This document shows, in pieces, positions 26,365 through 35,118 of a DNA stretch of 35,456 nt. Under the pieces are notes generated by a model that did not search any database, was not told the DNA's origin, and saw only the letters and a program-made list of their open reading frames with translations. The translations under genes were made by a program, and so were the position numbers. Location: positions 1-35,456 of IMG/VR virus record IMGVR_UViG_3300016476_000462. One strand, written 5' to 3'. Source of the DNA: a virus (taxonomy: Duplodnaviria; Caudoviricetes). Positions within the stretch are counted from its first letter, which is position 1, and every line of letters begins with the position of its first letter.

Positions 26365-27743
26365 AGCAAAAGGAAATAAAAGCGAATGAAACACAAACAC
26401 GCTCGGTCGGTCGCAATCGGCCGGGCGGTTTGCTTTCTAGCGGCATAGTAGCCCGCGCAAATCCGGTCTTGCCCGAGGATATAGTACAGGAAACTGTAAT
26501 ACTCGACCCTCGGATCCACATTACGAACGAGTATGTCCGCTTCTTCAACGACGCCGATGACATGCTCAAGACCATTGTGTCAGTGGTAAATAATTCGCCT
26601 ACCTGCGCCGCTATCATCCAGCAGAAAACGGCGCTAATTGTGGGTGATGGTTTTACCGCCATGTTTGGCCGGGCAAACAGCGTACTACGTACAACGCAGG
26701 GAGCTAGCCAGCCACTAGAAGACCCGCAAGCAGTGGAGGCCTTAGATGAAAAACTGCGTGTCGTAAATGGCAACGCGGAAAGCATAGGCGAGGTGCTGGA
26801 AAAAGTAGCGCGGGATTTTGTGACCTTCGGGAACGCTTTTGTAACAATGGCCCGAACGGACGATGGCCAAGTCTTTTGCAACCATGAGCCGTTTCAAGGT
26901 GGCCGACTAGCACGACGCAACCAGTTGGGCGAAATTACGCACGTCGGTTTTGTCGAAGATTGGAAGAACTGGACATACACGCAGGCAAAAAAGGTGGCAT
27001 TGTATCCGCGTTGGGAAGCAGATGAGAACGGCATAGAACGCACATGTATCCACATTGCCAACTATGTACCAGGGTTTGATTATTACGGCGTTCCGGACTG
27101 GATTAGCTCCCTTTTCTTTTCTTCGTTGGAGTACATGGCAGGCAGGTACAACCAGTCAAAAATTCAAAATGGCTATGTACCCAGCGGTATTTTGCAGTTT
27201 TTTGGAGCGGTTAGTGAAGAGCAAGCAGATCTTATTGTCAAGGATGCAAAAAAGCGTTTGACAGGACTTGGAAACAATAACGGTTTACTCATTCAAGTAT
27301 TAAGCGATGAAAGCCTAAAGGCCGTTTTTACACCAACGGAGCAGCAGGGGCGCGATGGGGAGTTCTTAGAGCTTGCAACGGTAGCAGCGCAGGAGATTAT
27401 CACCGCGCACCGCTGGACCGCCAGCTTGGCCGGTGTGGCTATTGCTGGTAAGCTAGGTACAAACCAGACCGTGCTGCAGGAGTTTCAAATGGTGCAAAAT
27501 ACAGTTATTAAGCCAATACAAAATAAGTTACTTTCTAAATTTGTGAACGTGTTTGTTGCGGAAGCGTCGCAAAATTCAGAAGTTTATTTGCAGTTACTTA
27601 ATTTGACGCCTGTTTCATTTTTTGGTACGATCAATATAGAAACGACCTTGACGCAAGATGAAAAGCGCGCCGAATTAGGATTCCAGCCACTACCCGAAGC
27701 GTCAGAACAGCAAGCGCCGCCACTGCCAAACCATAACATTTAA
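26361..27743 (+). CDS. Portal protein
   Basis: NSPT..AII, FGNAFV, DYYGVPDW, NGYVPSG, EIITAHR, DEKRAELG. Confidence 0.9.
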   Translation: MKQKEIKANETQTRSVGRNRPGGLLSSGIVARANPVLPEDIVQETVILDPRIHITNEYVRFFNDADDMLKTIVSVVNNSPTCAAIIQQKTALIVGDGFTAMFGRANSVLRTTQGASQPLEDPQAVEALDEKLRVVNGNAESIGEVLEKVARDFVTFGNAFVTMARTDDGQVFCNHEPFQGGRLARRNQLGEITHVGFVEDWKNWTYTQAKKVALYPRWEADENGIERTCIHIANYVPGFDYYGVPDWISSLFFSSLEYMAGRYNQSKIQNGYVPSGILQFFGAVSEEQADLIVKDAKKRLTGLGNNNGLLIQVLSDESLKAVFTPTEQQGRDGEFLELATVAAQEIITAHRWTASLAGVAIAGKLGTNQTVLQEFQMVQNTVIKPIQNKLLSKFVNVFVAEASQNSEVYLQLLNLTPVSFFGTINIETTLTQDEKRAELGFQPLPEASEQQAPPLPNHNI

Positions 27744-27754
27744 ACACCTGGATA

Positions 27755-28363
27755 ATGTACATACAAACGCCTACACTAATACAAGCGCAAGAGATAGTCA
27801 ATGGTGGAGTTATAAAGGCGACGCCGATGAACCCGAGGTTTGACGCTGGTATCATTAACCCTCACATACTAGACGCGGAAATGCTGCACGTAGTGCCGAT
27901 GCTTGGATCCGCCCTTTACGAAACAATGAAAACAAAAAAGGCGGGAACGGTATCGAATTACAACGGTGCAATAGCGCCAATTCAAAAGGCGTTTACTAAC
28001 CCGCTGGATGCAGCCTACGAAGCACTTTGGTACCAGTACTTGAACACCTATTGTGCGTGGGCGGTGTATTACGAGGCGCTTCCATTTATCACAATCCAGA
28101 CAGGCGTGAATGGTACGTTTTTGACCCAAACGGAGTTTAGCCAAAACCCAGGCGTTTCTGCTGCTAAGTATCTACAGGACAACGTCAAACGCCGCTTGCA
28201 GTCGATGCGAGCAGCCGTTGAAAACTACTTATGTGAAAACTTTGCCAGCTTCCCAGACTTTGACAATGCACACTGCCCGAACAACACGAACTGCGAAGGA
28301 AACGACGAAGTACCAGCCAATCAGATGAAAGGGTACGGCCTTTATTATGTAACGAATAACTAA
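27755..28363 (+). CDS. Head-tail adaptor protein
   Basis: PMLGSALYE, EALPF, YLCEN..FPDF; follows the portal. Confidence 0.65.
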   Translation: MYIQTPTLIQAQEIVNGGVIKATPMNPRFDAGIINPHILDAEMLHVVPMLGSALYETMKTKKAGTVSNYNGAIAPIQKAFTNPLDAAYEALWYQYLNTYCAWAVYYEALPFITIQTGVNGTFLTQTEFSQNPGVSAAKYLQDNVKRRLQSMRAAVENYLCENFASFPDFDNAHCPNNTNCEGNDEVPANQMKGYGLYYVTNN

Positions 28364-28378
28364 AAACACCAAAAACAA

Positions 28379-28792
28379 ATGGAAATAGAGGGTTTATACT
28401 TTGTCAAAGGCGTAGTAGCTGCCGCGCTGGCCGCAATTCTTAACTACTTTCTTCCGGTTCAGCACTTTGTCGCCATAACGCTAGGTTTAATTTTAGCCGA
28501 TTTAGTCACAGGCATACAGGCAGCCAGGAAGCGCGGGGAGGCAATACAGAGTAAAGGTTTGCGCAGGAGTAGCCAGAAATTTATGATGTACTGCTTTGCT
28601 TTATTAAGCGCCCACAGCATCCAGGCGACCTATTTTGGCGACTTCCCGCTTGCCTACACCGTGTCGGCATACATTTCAATTACGGAATTTTGGAGCGTAC
28701 TAGAAAACGTCGGAGCGGTAACAGGTACAAATGTATTGGAGGCAGTGCGGGGCAAATTGAGCGAAGTATTAAAACACAAACCTAAACAGTAG
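28379..28792 (+). CDS. Holin (Phage_holin_4 type)
   Basis: TM segments; ADLVTGI, IQSKGLRR and EFWSVLEN motifs. Confidence 0.88.
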   Translation: MEIEGLYFVKGVVAAALAAILNYFLPVQHFVAITLGLILADLVTGIQAARKRGEAIQSKGLRRSSQKFMMYCFALLSAHSIQATYFGDFPLAYTVSAYISITEFWSVLENVGAVTGTNVLEAVRGKLSEVLKHKPKQ

Positions 28793-28797
28793 AAAGT

Positions 28798-29172
28798 ATG
28801 GACTTTACTAGACAAACGGAAAATATTAGCTTTGTTCAAGGTGACGACGTGGTATTTTCTTTGCAGTTCCAAGACTGCGACACCAGCGCGGCTGTAGATA
28901 TTAGCGCGTGGGTGTTTACCTGCGAAGTTCGCCGCCTTCAGGATAGCAGCCTTTTAAAAACCTTAGGCATCGGCACGGGTATTGCACTTTCTGCATCCGT
29001 GCCGCTTGGTACTGTGGACACTGCTACTATTACATTCGCGGCAGCCGACACGGTTCTAAACACCTGGGATGGCGCGCAGTGGGAATTGCAAAGTGTGGAC
29101 AGCTTGTCAGGCTCAAAACGCACCTGGATAGGCGGAACATTAAAGCAACAAAAGCAAATAAACACCATTTAA
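28798..29172 (+). CDS. BppU-like fibre/baseplate adaptor domain protein
   Basis: VQGDD.....F......VDIS.W.F..EVR pattern. Confidence 0.6.
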   Translation: MDFTRQTENISFVQGDDVVFSLQFQDCDTSAAVDISAWVFTCEVRRLQDSSLLKTLGIGTGIALSASVPLGTVDTATITFAAADTVLNTWDGAQWELQSVDSLSGSKRTWIGGTLKQQKQINTI

Positions 29173-29184
29173 ACGGCGTAGCAC

Positions 29185-29421
29185 ATGGCAAATATTAAAG
29201 TATTACTACACCGGCAAAATATACAGCTAAAAGTAACACAGGGCACAGTCGGCCCGCAAGGCCCTCCGGGCGACGTCGAAGGCTGGTTAAATGCTTTACC
29301 TCTTTACACTTCAGACTTTGACGCAGCCGCAAACGCTTTGCCGCTTGGATCTTGGTATTTGCTAAGCGACCCGAACGACTACGGTATTCCCGGTGGAATT
29401 CCTAAAAAAAGACAATTCTAA
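29185..29421 (+). CDS. Short protein with collagen-like GXY triplets
   Basis: GTVGPQGPPGD; LPLY.SD..AAA..LPLGSWY. Confidence 0.6.
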   Translation: MANIKVLLHRQNIQLKVTQGTVGPQGPPGDVEGWLNALPLYTSDFDAAANALPLGSWYLLSDPNDYGIPGGIPKKRQF

Positions 29422-29429
29422 ACAATAAT

Positions 29430-31610
29430 ATGGAGCAATTAATTAGGTATTTTATTTGGTTTTTACTGCTTTTTGCAGGCTTTAATTTGCAGGCGCAAAA
29501 CAATACTGTGTACGGGGCCGGTATAAGCTACACTAACGGCGTACCTAGCTGGGTACCCAATCCGAGAACTTCGCGGGCAGCCGTGGACACCGTTACCGGC
29601 CGCTGGTACCACTTTAACACTCCAGGCGGATGGCAGTGGATAGGTAACACGGTTGAAGAGATTGCAGGATGTGCCGCACCTGCGTACACGCCCGACAAAG
29701 GCGACAGTCGGCTGGTGATTAACAACTGCGTCAAGCCGCAGGTTTATTGGTACGATGGTGCGGTATGGAAGTGGATAAACGAGGGTACTACCTACTTCGC
29801 AGGCGAAGGCATCCGCATTGAGAACGACACGATAATTTTAGACTCTCTTTATGTTTTAAGATTCAGAACAGGCGATACGACGGACCTAAACGCGGGCGCG
29901 GTTAGTTGGAACGCAGCCGAACAGACACTTGACGTTGTTATCAACCAAGGCGCGGTAACAGGTCAAATGTTCCAAGAGGTTTTATACTTCACCAAAAACC
30001 AAACAGGAGTGCAAATTAATGATGGTACGGTTGTAATGGCAGCGGGCACAACGGGCAACTCTGGGAAAATCCTAATTGCTCCAGCCATTGCGGATGGTTC
30101 GGTAAATAGTGAGTATATTTTGGGCCTTGCTACTCAGGATCTAGCCAACGGAGCCGAGGGAATGGTTACGCATTTCGGCAAAGTTCGCGGCATACAAACC
30201 AATGGCGCAAATTATGGTGAAACTTGGGTCGATGGCGACGTTCTTTATTGCAGCGCCTCAACACCGGGACACCTTACAAAGGTACTCCCAACTGCTCCAA
30301 ACCTTAAAGTACCTATCGCGATTGTAATTCATGCGCACCCTTCAAATGGTACTTTGTTTGTTCGTCCTTCGCACTTTCCAGACCTTGCGCAAATTAACGA
30401 CGTGCAACTAAGTAGCCCGACGAACGGTCAAGTATTAACTTATAACTCCACGCTTTCAAGGTGGGAGAATGCCACACCAGCCAACCAACTACAAACACTT
30501 TCAACCGATGGCAGCGCGGGCAATATCAGCATAAGCAGCGGTAACACCATAACGCTAAACGTAAACGATGCGGATGCAAGCGCTACAAATGAATTACAAA
30601 CGTTATCGGTCGCAGCAAACACCGCAACGTTAAGCAATTCGGGCGGATCGGTCACAATCGCAGGCGCTGGTATTAATACCGTGGGCACTGCTGGTACTAC
30701 TATAACGGTCACAGGTACGGAAGTAGATGGAAGTACTACCAACGAGCTACAAACACTTTCAACAGGTACAAACACGCTCACACTCTCAAATGGTGGCGGT
30801 ACTGTTACGGTGGACACAGATCCGGCTTCGGATGTAACTGGAAGCGGAGCAAATGGACAAATAGCATATTGGCAAACAAGCCAAATACAATTTGGAGACC
30901 CCGGCCTTACATTTAGTGCTGTAAATGATAGAGTAGCGATTGGGCCTTTAGGTTCTTCGACATATCCTTTGGAAGTCTTTAGAACAGGAGAAACGGGTGA
31001 AAGTTTTGGTTTAAATATATCAATGGCAAATCCTGGAATTAGGCAAGAGGTTAAAAGGAATACGGGCGGGGCGGCATTTGCAATCTCTGAAGCAAGAGGC
31101 TTAAAACTATCTGATAATTCAACATCTCTATTGAGCTATATTGGAGTTTTTGCAGATTTTACTACTTCTCCTCCAACTTCTGGCTATTTATATTTATCAT
31201 CTAGCCCTACAGTTGCTTTTAATAATAATGCGCTAAGAATATACCCTTCAAAAAATGCTACAATAGAAGGCAGTTTTAGAATAGGCGACCATAACGCACC
31301 ATCCGCCCGCCTCCACGTCGTAGGCTCCGGAACAAGCTCATCCACTTGGACAGCCCAATTCCACAACAGCGCAGGCAACAATAACGCGCTAATGATTCGG
31401 GATGATGGAAGGGTTGCAATGGGGACGAACGCGCCTAATGCATCCGCAATACTAACAGTAGCAAGTACAACGGGCGGCATTTTATTCCCACGAATGACCA
31501 CAACCGAACGCAACGCAATCGCCACACCTGCCGATGGGCTGGTAATTTATAACACAACAGACAACAAGCTCCAAGTTCGCGCTGCTAGCGCGTGGGTAGA
31601 TCTTCATTAA
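29430..31610 (+). CDS. Tail fibre/adhesin-like protein with an N-terminal signal peptide
   Basis: T/G/S-rich; NELQTLS repeats; C-terminal ASAIL..STTGGILFPRMTT.ERNAI.TPADGLVIYN; begins MEQLIRYFIWFLLLFAGFNLQAQ. Confidence 0.75.
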   Translation: MEQLIRYFIWFLLLFAGFNLQAQNNTVYGAGISYTNGVPSWVPNPRTSRAAVDTVTGRWYHFNTPGGWQWIGNTVEEIAGCAAPAYTPDKGDSRLVINNCVKPQVYWYDGAVWKWINEGTTYFAGEGIRIENDTIILDSLYVLRFRTGDTTDLNAGAVSWNAAEQTLDVVINQGAVTGQMFQEVLYFTKNQTGVQINDGTVVMAAGTTGNSGKILIAPAIADGSVNSEYILGLATQDLANGAEGMVTHFGKVRGIQTNGANYGETWVDGDVLYCSASTPGHLTKVLPTAPNLKVPIAIVIHAHPSNGTLFVRPSHFPDLAQINDVQLSSPTNGQVLTYNSTLSRWENATPANQLQTLSTDGSAGNISISSGNTITLNVNDADASATNELQTLSVAANTATLSNSGGSVTIAGAGINTVGTAGTTITVTGTEVDGSTTNELQTLSTGTNTLTLSNGGGTVTVDTDPASDVTGSGANGQIAYWQTSQIQFGDPGLTFSAVNDRVAIGPLGSSTYPLEVFRTGETGESFGLNISMANPGIRQEVKRNTGGAAFAISEARGLKLSDNSTSLLSYIGVFADFTTSPPTSGYLYLSSSPTVAFNNNALRIYPSKNATIEGSFRIGDHNAPSARLHVVGSGTSSSTWTAQFHNSAGNNNALMIRDDGRVAMGTNAPNASAILTVASTTGGILFPRMTTTERNAIATPADGLVIYNTTDNKLQVRAASAWVDLH

Positions 31611-31624
31611 AAAACAACAATACA

Positions 31625-32239
31625 ATGAAAAATACAATTTTTATCATTTGCATACTCGTAGCCCTGCAAGCAAAAGGGCAGGTAATTGATACCACATTCA
31701 TAACAGCCAACGAAACAGGGCTATATTTTACTCACCTTATAATTGACGAAACCGGAAAGCGGACACAAACAGACGTGCCGATTCGGGACACTATGCAGCA
31801 AGTAGCAGCCATTAAGGCACTCACAACTCAAGAAATAGGAAGGCGCTGCAATGACTGGGCAATAATTAGCGCTTACACTGCCGAAATTGGGCGTATGTTA
31901 CGCGATGGAAACACGATTGAAACGCAGTATGGAGTACCACTATTTGACACTACAGGCATAAGCCAAATATTAGGAACCGATTGGAATTTGCGAGGGTATG
32001 CAGCTCAAACAAAGGTATATTTTAGGGTGTCAGCTACAAACGAAAAGGTATTAATACCACGCCTTCAATACAGTTTTACCAAGGCGGCTGGATCCTGGAA
32101 GCGTGCGTATTTTTCACCCGGCTATCTCCGTTTAACGGAGTTCGACGCGGATGGCTTTATCGAGTTCTTTTTCAAGGATGGAAGCTGGCAAAGTGTTGGC
32201 CGGACTGCAAGGTTAGTACCTAATGTTGTAAGGCGATGA
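31625..32239 (+). CDS. Predicted secreted protein
   Basis: ATG at 31625; MKNTIFIICILVALQAKGQ signal peptide. Confidence 0.75.
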   Translation: MKNTIFIICILVALQAKGQVIDTTFITANETGLYFTHLIIDETGKRTQTDVPIRDTMQQVAAIKALTTQEIGRRCNDWAIISAYTAEIGRMLRDGNTIETQYGVPLFDTTGISQILGTDWNLRGYAAQTKVYFRVSATNEKVLIPRLQYSFTKAAGSWKRAYFSPGYLRLTEFDADGFIEFFFKDGSWQSVGRTARLVPNVVRR

Positions 32240-32358
32240 TCTATACTATACTAGAGGCCTTAGTTATGGGCGCAGGTTTTATGTTTGGCCTTGTTTTGGG
32301 CCAATACCTAAGCGAAAAAGTAGAGCAAATTAAAAAAGTTTTCAAGCGCAAAAGATAG
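32236..32358 (+). CDS. 40-aa single-TM protein (not in the ORF track)
   Basis: MIYTILEALVMGAGFMFGLVLGQYLSEKVEQIKKVFKRKR; ATGA overlap. Confidence 0.65.
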   Translation: MIYTILEALVMGAGFMFGLVLGQYLSEKVEQIKKVFKRKR

Positions 32359-32417
32359 CGCCTTAGATTTGTAGCGCGAAAGATAATTGTTTAGCGTAAA
32401 GAGTGTTCATGATTGGT

Positions 32418-32449
32418 ACGGCCTAGGTGTAATACCTGGGCCGTTTTTT
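32418..32449 (+). terminator. Intrinsic terminator of the head/fibre operon
   Basis: ACGGCCTAGGT-GTAAT-ACCTGGGCCGT TTTTT. Confidence 0.9.
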
Positions 32450-32487
32450 ATTGCCCTACCATTCAGCAATTTTTTTTTAAAGAAAGT

Positions 32488-32529
32488 TATAAAAATATTT
32501 TTATAGTATTAAAAATGGTATTAACTTTG
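32488..32529 (+). promoter_or_regulatory. Palindrome-type promoter
   Basis: TATAAAAATATTTTTATA-N16-TAACTTTG. Confidence 0.85.
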
Positions 32530-32563
32530 CCCTACGTTAAACACATTTAAACATTATTCAATC

Positions 32564-32848
32564 ATGAACAACACAAAAAAACAGCTCTTGACAGAGCTAA
32601 TGTACGTCTTTCGGGAAAACCCGAAGGCACTAGAGCGCTTAAACGCCGCGATGCAGGAGCCGCAACGCAAGACCACCGCGCCAATACAGGGCGCTATCAA
32701 AAACTCGTTTTGGTGGACAGTGGAACACATTTGGTGGCAGCTGTTCACAAACAACGAAGAGAAACAGCGGCTAGCCGTGGAATACCTGCGCCGCAAGCGG
32801 TACCAATTAGGCGACAACTACCCGCCGCGCTTACTTAAATCAAGATAA
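32564..32848 (+). CDS. Hypothetical early protein
   Basis: First ORF after the promoter. Confidence 0.7.
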   Translation: MNNTKKQLLTELMYVFRENPKALERLNAAMQEPQRKTTAPIQGAIKNSFWWTVEHIWWQLFTNNEEKQRLAVEYLRRKRYQLGDNYPPRLLKSR

Positions 32849-32875
32849 CTTTTTAACCTTAAATTTTAGATAATT

Positions 32876-33802
32876 ATGTTTGAACAACCTAGCGAGCAAC
32901 TAGTAAACAAAGGCGGCGTACAATCGCCGATTAAGTATTGGGTCGATTACAAGCCCGGCAAAATTCCGCAGCAATTTGCCAAAAAATTCGACCCGCTAAG
33001 CGACGAAAAAATTGGCTTTAGCTACTGGGACAAAGAAGCAGCTCAAAAAATAAAGCTGGAGAACTGGACTGGCTGGTTCCTTGGTCTGTTCTCCCAAGTT
33101 GGAGGCACAGTACAGCAGGGCAGCACCTGGGTAAACTATAACACAAACCTAGTAGCCGACACACGTACAGACATTATGAGCCTACGCGCCCAAGGCGGGA
33201 CTGAATTGGTGCGCGGTACTTATCAAGAGGTAAAGACATGGCTAAACAATAACCCGGAGCTTGCAGGCGTAAAATATCAAAAGATCATGGTAGTTTATGT
33301 CGATGAATTACAGTGCGTCTGCGCATTCCATTTGTCGCAAAAATTTGAAGCCGGTTTGAGAGCCGCGGTAGCCGTTGCAAGCAACACAATACCCTCAAAG
33401 ATTAACCTGTTTAACCTTGGCGCGCTTACGTCTGAAACATGGGGCTTTAAATTTTCAAACGGGTTTAAACCCGTGGACCGTGAAGGCGAAGACTACGCCG
33501 GCAAAGGCGAGCTTTCATTCTCTCCGATGCTTACCGCTGGCGTTATTAAGATTAACGGCGCACACGCAGACAAGTTCACCATGCTGTCAGACCTTACCAG
33601 CTTAACGACTTTGTACGTAGAAGGCGCACAGGCGCATTTTCAACAGCAGAAGGCACAAACACCCATACAACACACGAACGTGCAGCACGCGCCAATGTCG
33701 CAAGCCGTAGGGGTATTTGAGCAGCCAACAGCACCAGCGCAACGCACCGCACAACCTGCGGCAGCCGCTTGGGATGCAAAGAACGATGATTTACCATTTT
33801 AA
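32876..33802 (+). CDS. Putative ssDNA-binding/annealing protein
   Basis: Q/P/A linker and an SSB-type acidic tip NDDLPF. Confidence 0.6.
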   Translation: MFEQPSEQLVNKGGVQSPIKYWVDYKPGKIPQQFAKKFDPLSDEKIGFSYWDKEAAQKIKLENWTGWFLGLFSQVGGTVQQGSTWVNYNTNLVADTRTDIMSLRAQGGTELVRGTYQEVKTWLNNNPELAGVKYQKIMVVYVDELQCVCAFHLSQKFEAGLRAAVAVASNTIPSKINLFNLGALTSETWGFKFSNGFKPVDREGEDYAGKGELSFSPMLTAGVIKINGAHADKFTMLSDLTSLTTLYVEGAQAHFQQQKAQTPIQHTNVQHAPMSQAVGVFEQPTAPAQRTAQPAAAAWDAKNDDLPF

Positions 33803-33816
33803 CAACTAGATGAACA

Positions 33817-33853
33817 GCCGGCTGGGTATAGCAAAATGCGACACCTAGCCGGC
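33817..33853 (+). other. Intergenic hairpin without a U-tract
   Basis: GCCGGCTGGGT...ACCTAGCCGGC. Confidence 0.6.
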
Positions 33854-33867
33854 ATACTTAAACAGTA

Positions 33868-34083
33868 ATGAACGAGCATAAACTAAGACTTAAAACAGAG
33901 CTGATCCGGCACGGCATACAACAAAAAGACGTAGCACAGCGCGCAGGCGCGAGCAATACAAGTGTACACGCCTTTTTGTATGAAACTGTACGAATGTCGG
34001 AGGAGCTACAAACAGACATTGAAAATGCGATCAAGTTACTACTGGAAGAGGCGAAGCGAGGAAGCGGCAGTTCTAATCGCTAG
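33868..34083 (+). CDS. Cro/XRE-like HTH regulator
   Basis: RHGIQQKDVAQRAGASNTSVHAFL. Confidence 0.8.
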   Translation: MNEHKLRLKTELIRHGIQQKDVAQRAGASNTSVHAFLYETVRMSEELQTDIENAIKLLLEEAKRGSGSSNR

Positions 34084-34143
34084 TATCTGCCTATTAACAG
34101 CCGCCATAACTTATTATTTCACACATTAAACAATTTAACAATC

Positions 34144-34515
34144 ATGGTTTACTTACGCTTATCAGACAAAGTCTATCTTTATGCAAAACCAGGCGACGAA
34201 GCGCCGGCAGTGGTCAGTCAAGAATTAGGCTTCAGATCAGAAATAGACGCATACGCTGCTTTAATTAATTCAGAAGCCAATGGCTTTTTAATTGAAAGAG
34301 CGTCTATAATTTTAAACGAATTACTAGAGAACGACAAGGGCTGGAGCCCTAAAGAAATAGTAGATACAGCAGAAGAATGGCTGGAGTTATTAGCAGCTCA
34401 TAAGTCAGCAGAAAAACTACTAAAAAAGCGCTTAAAGGATCAACTAAACGAAGCCAACAATCCGCTGCCAGGCGCGAACCTTGAATATTACGAACATCTA
34501 GCCACAAGTAAATAA
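34144..34515 (+). CDS. Hypothetical protein
   Basis: A-rich leader; TAATG coupling to the next gene. Confidence 0.7.
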   Translation: MVYLRLSDKVYLYAKPGDEAPAVVSQELGFRSEIDAYAALINSEANGFLIERASIILNELLENDKGWSPKEIVDTAEEWLELLAAHKSAEKLLKKRLKDQLNEANNPLPGANLEYYEHLATSK

Positions 34516-34847
34516 TGCTGAACCGCGAAACTATAGACTTCCCGGCGGCTATCCGCTATGATAGCCGCCTAGCGCCGGGCGCCCGTTTGTTAGCTGCAGA
34601 ACTGCTTGCTGAAAGCCGGCAAGCGCCCAGCGGCATTGTAACAATTACAAACCAGGATCTTTTTAATAGATTTGGGTTTGGCCCTGTTACGCTTATGCGC
34701 TACTTTAACCAGCTCGAGGTAATTGGCTTAATTGAGCGGCAGTTTACAGGAAGAAAAAGCGCTAAAGCAGCTCGCAAGATTATTGTAAACACTTCACTTT
34801 TAACCGACTGGAAGGTCGAGTATTTTATAAACCATGGAAGAGAATAA
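34515..34847 (+). CDS. Winged-helix protein (initiator N-domain-like)
   Basis: PAAIRYDSRLAPGARLL...TNQDL...LEVIGLI. Confidence 0.75.
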   Translation: MLNRETIDFPAAIRYDSRLAPGARLLAAELLAESRQAPSGIVTITNQDLFNRFGFGPVTLMRYFNQLEVIGLIERQFTGRKSAKAARKIIVNTSLLTDWKVEYFINHGRE

Positions 34848-35118
34848 AGATTTTTCGCTATTAAATTTCTTTGGACCTGAAGCCAATTTAAGAGTTATGA
34901 AATTTAAAGGCGAAGGCTGTAACGCGGTTCTTGTTATTGAGGACTTGAACGAGTTAAATTTAATGCATATTTTAATAACAGGCATCGGTCGTTATTATTA
35001 CGCAGTTCGCTCAAATAGTAAAAAAATGAAAGTTGAACAATTTAAAGAAAGCGTAAAAGCGCTAATAGATGCGGAGTTTAACGCTGTGGACAATGAATAC
35101 TTCAATGGCAGAAAGTAA
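34834..35118 (+). CDS. Hypothetical protein
   Basis: Overlaps both neighbouring genes. Confidence 0.6.
   Translation: MEENKDFSLLNFFGPEANLRVMKFKGEGCNAVLVIEDLNELNLMHILITGIGRYYYAVRSNSKKMKVEQFKESVKALIDAEFNAVDNEYFNGRK

Noticed and set aside
29430-31610. Diversity-generating retroelement targeting the fibre
   Set aside because: No reverse transcriptase and no adenine-variant TR/VR pair seen
32363-32410. 15-aa minus-strand micro-ORF MNTLYAKQLSFALQI
   Set aside because: No minus-strand promoter found and the genome is otherwise unidirectional; kept only as an alternative to the antisense hypothesis
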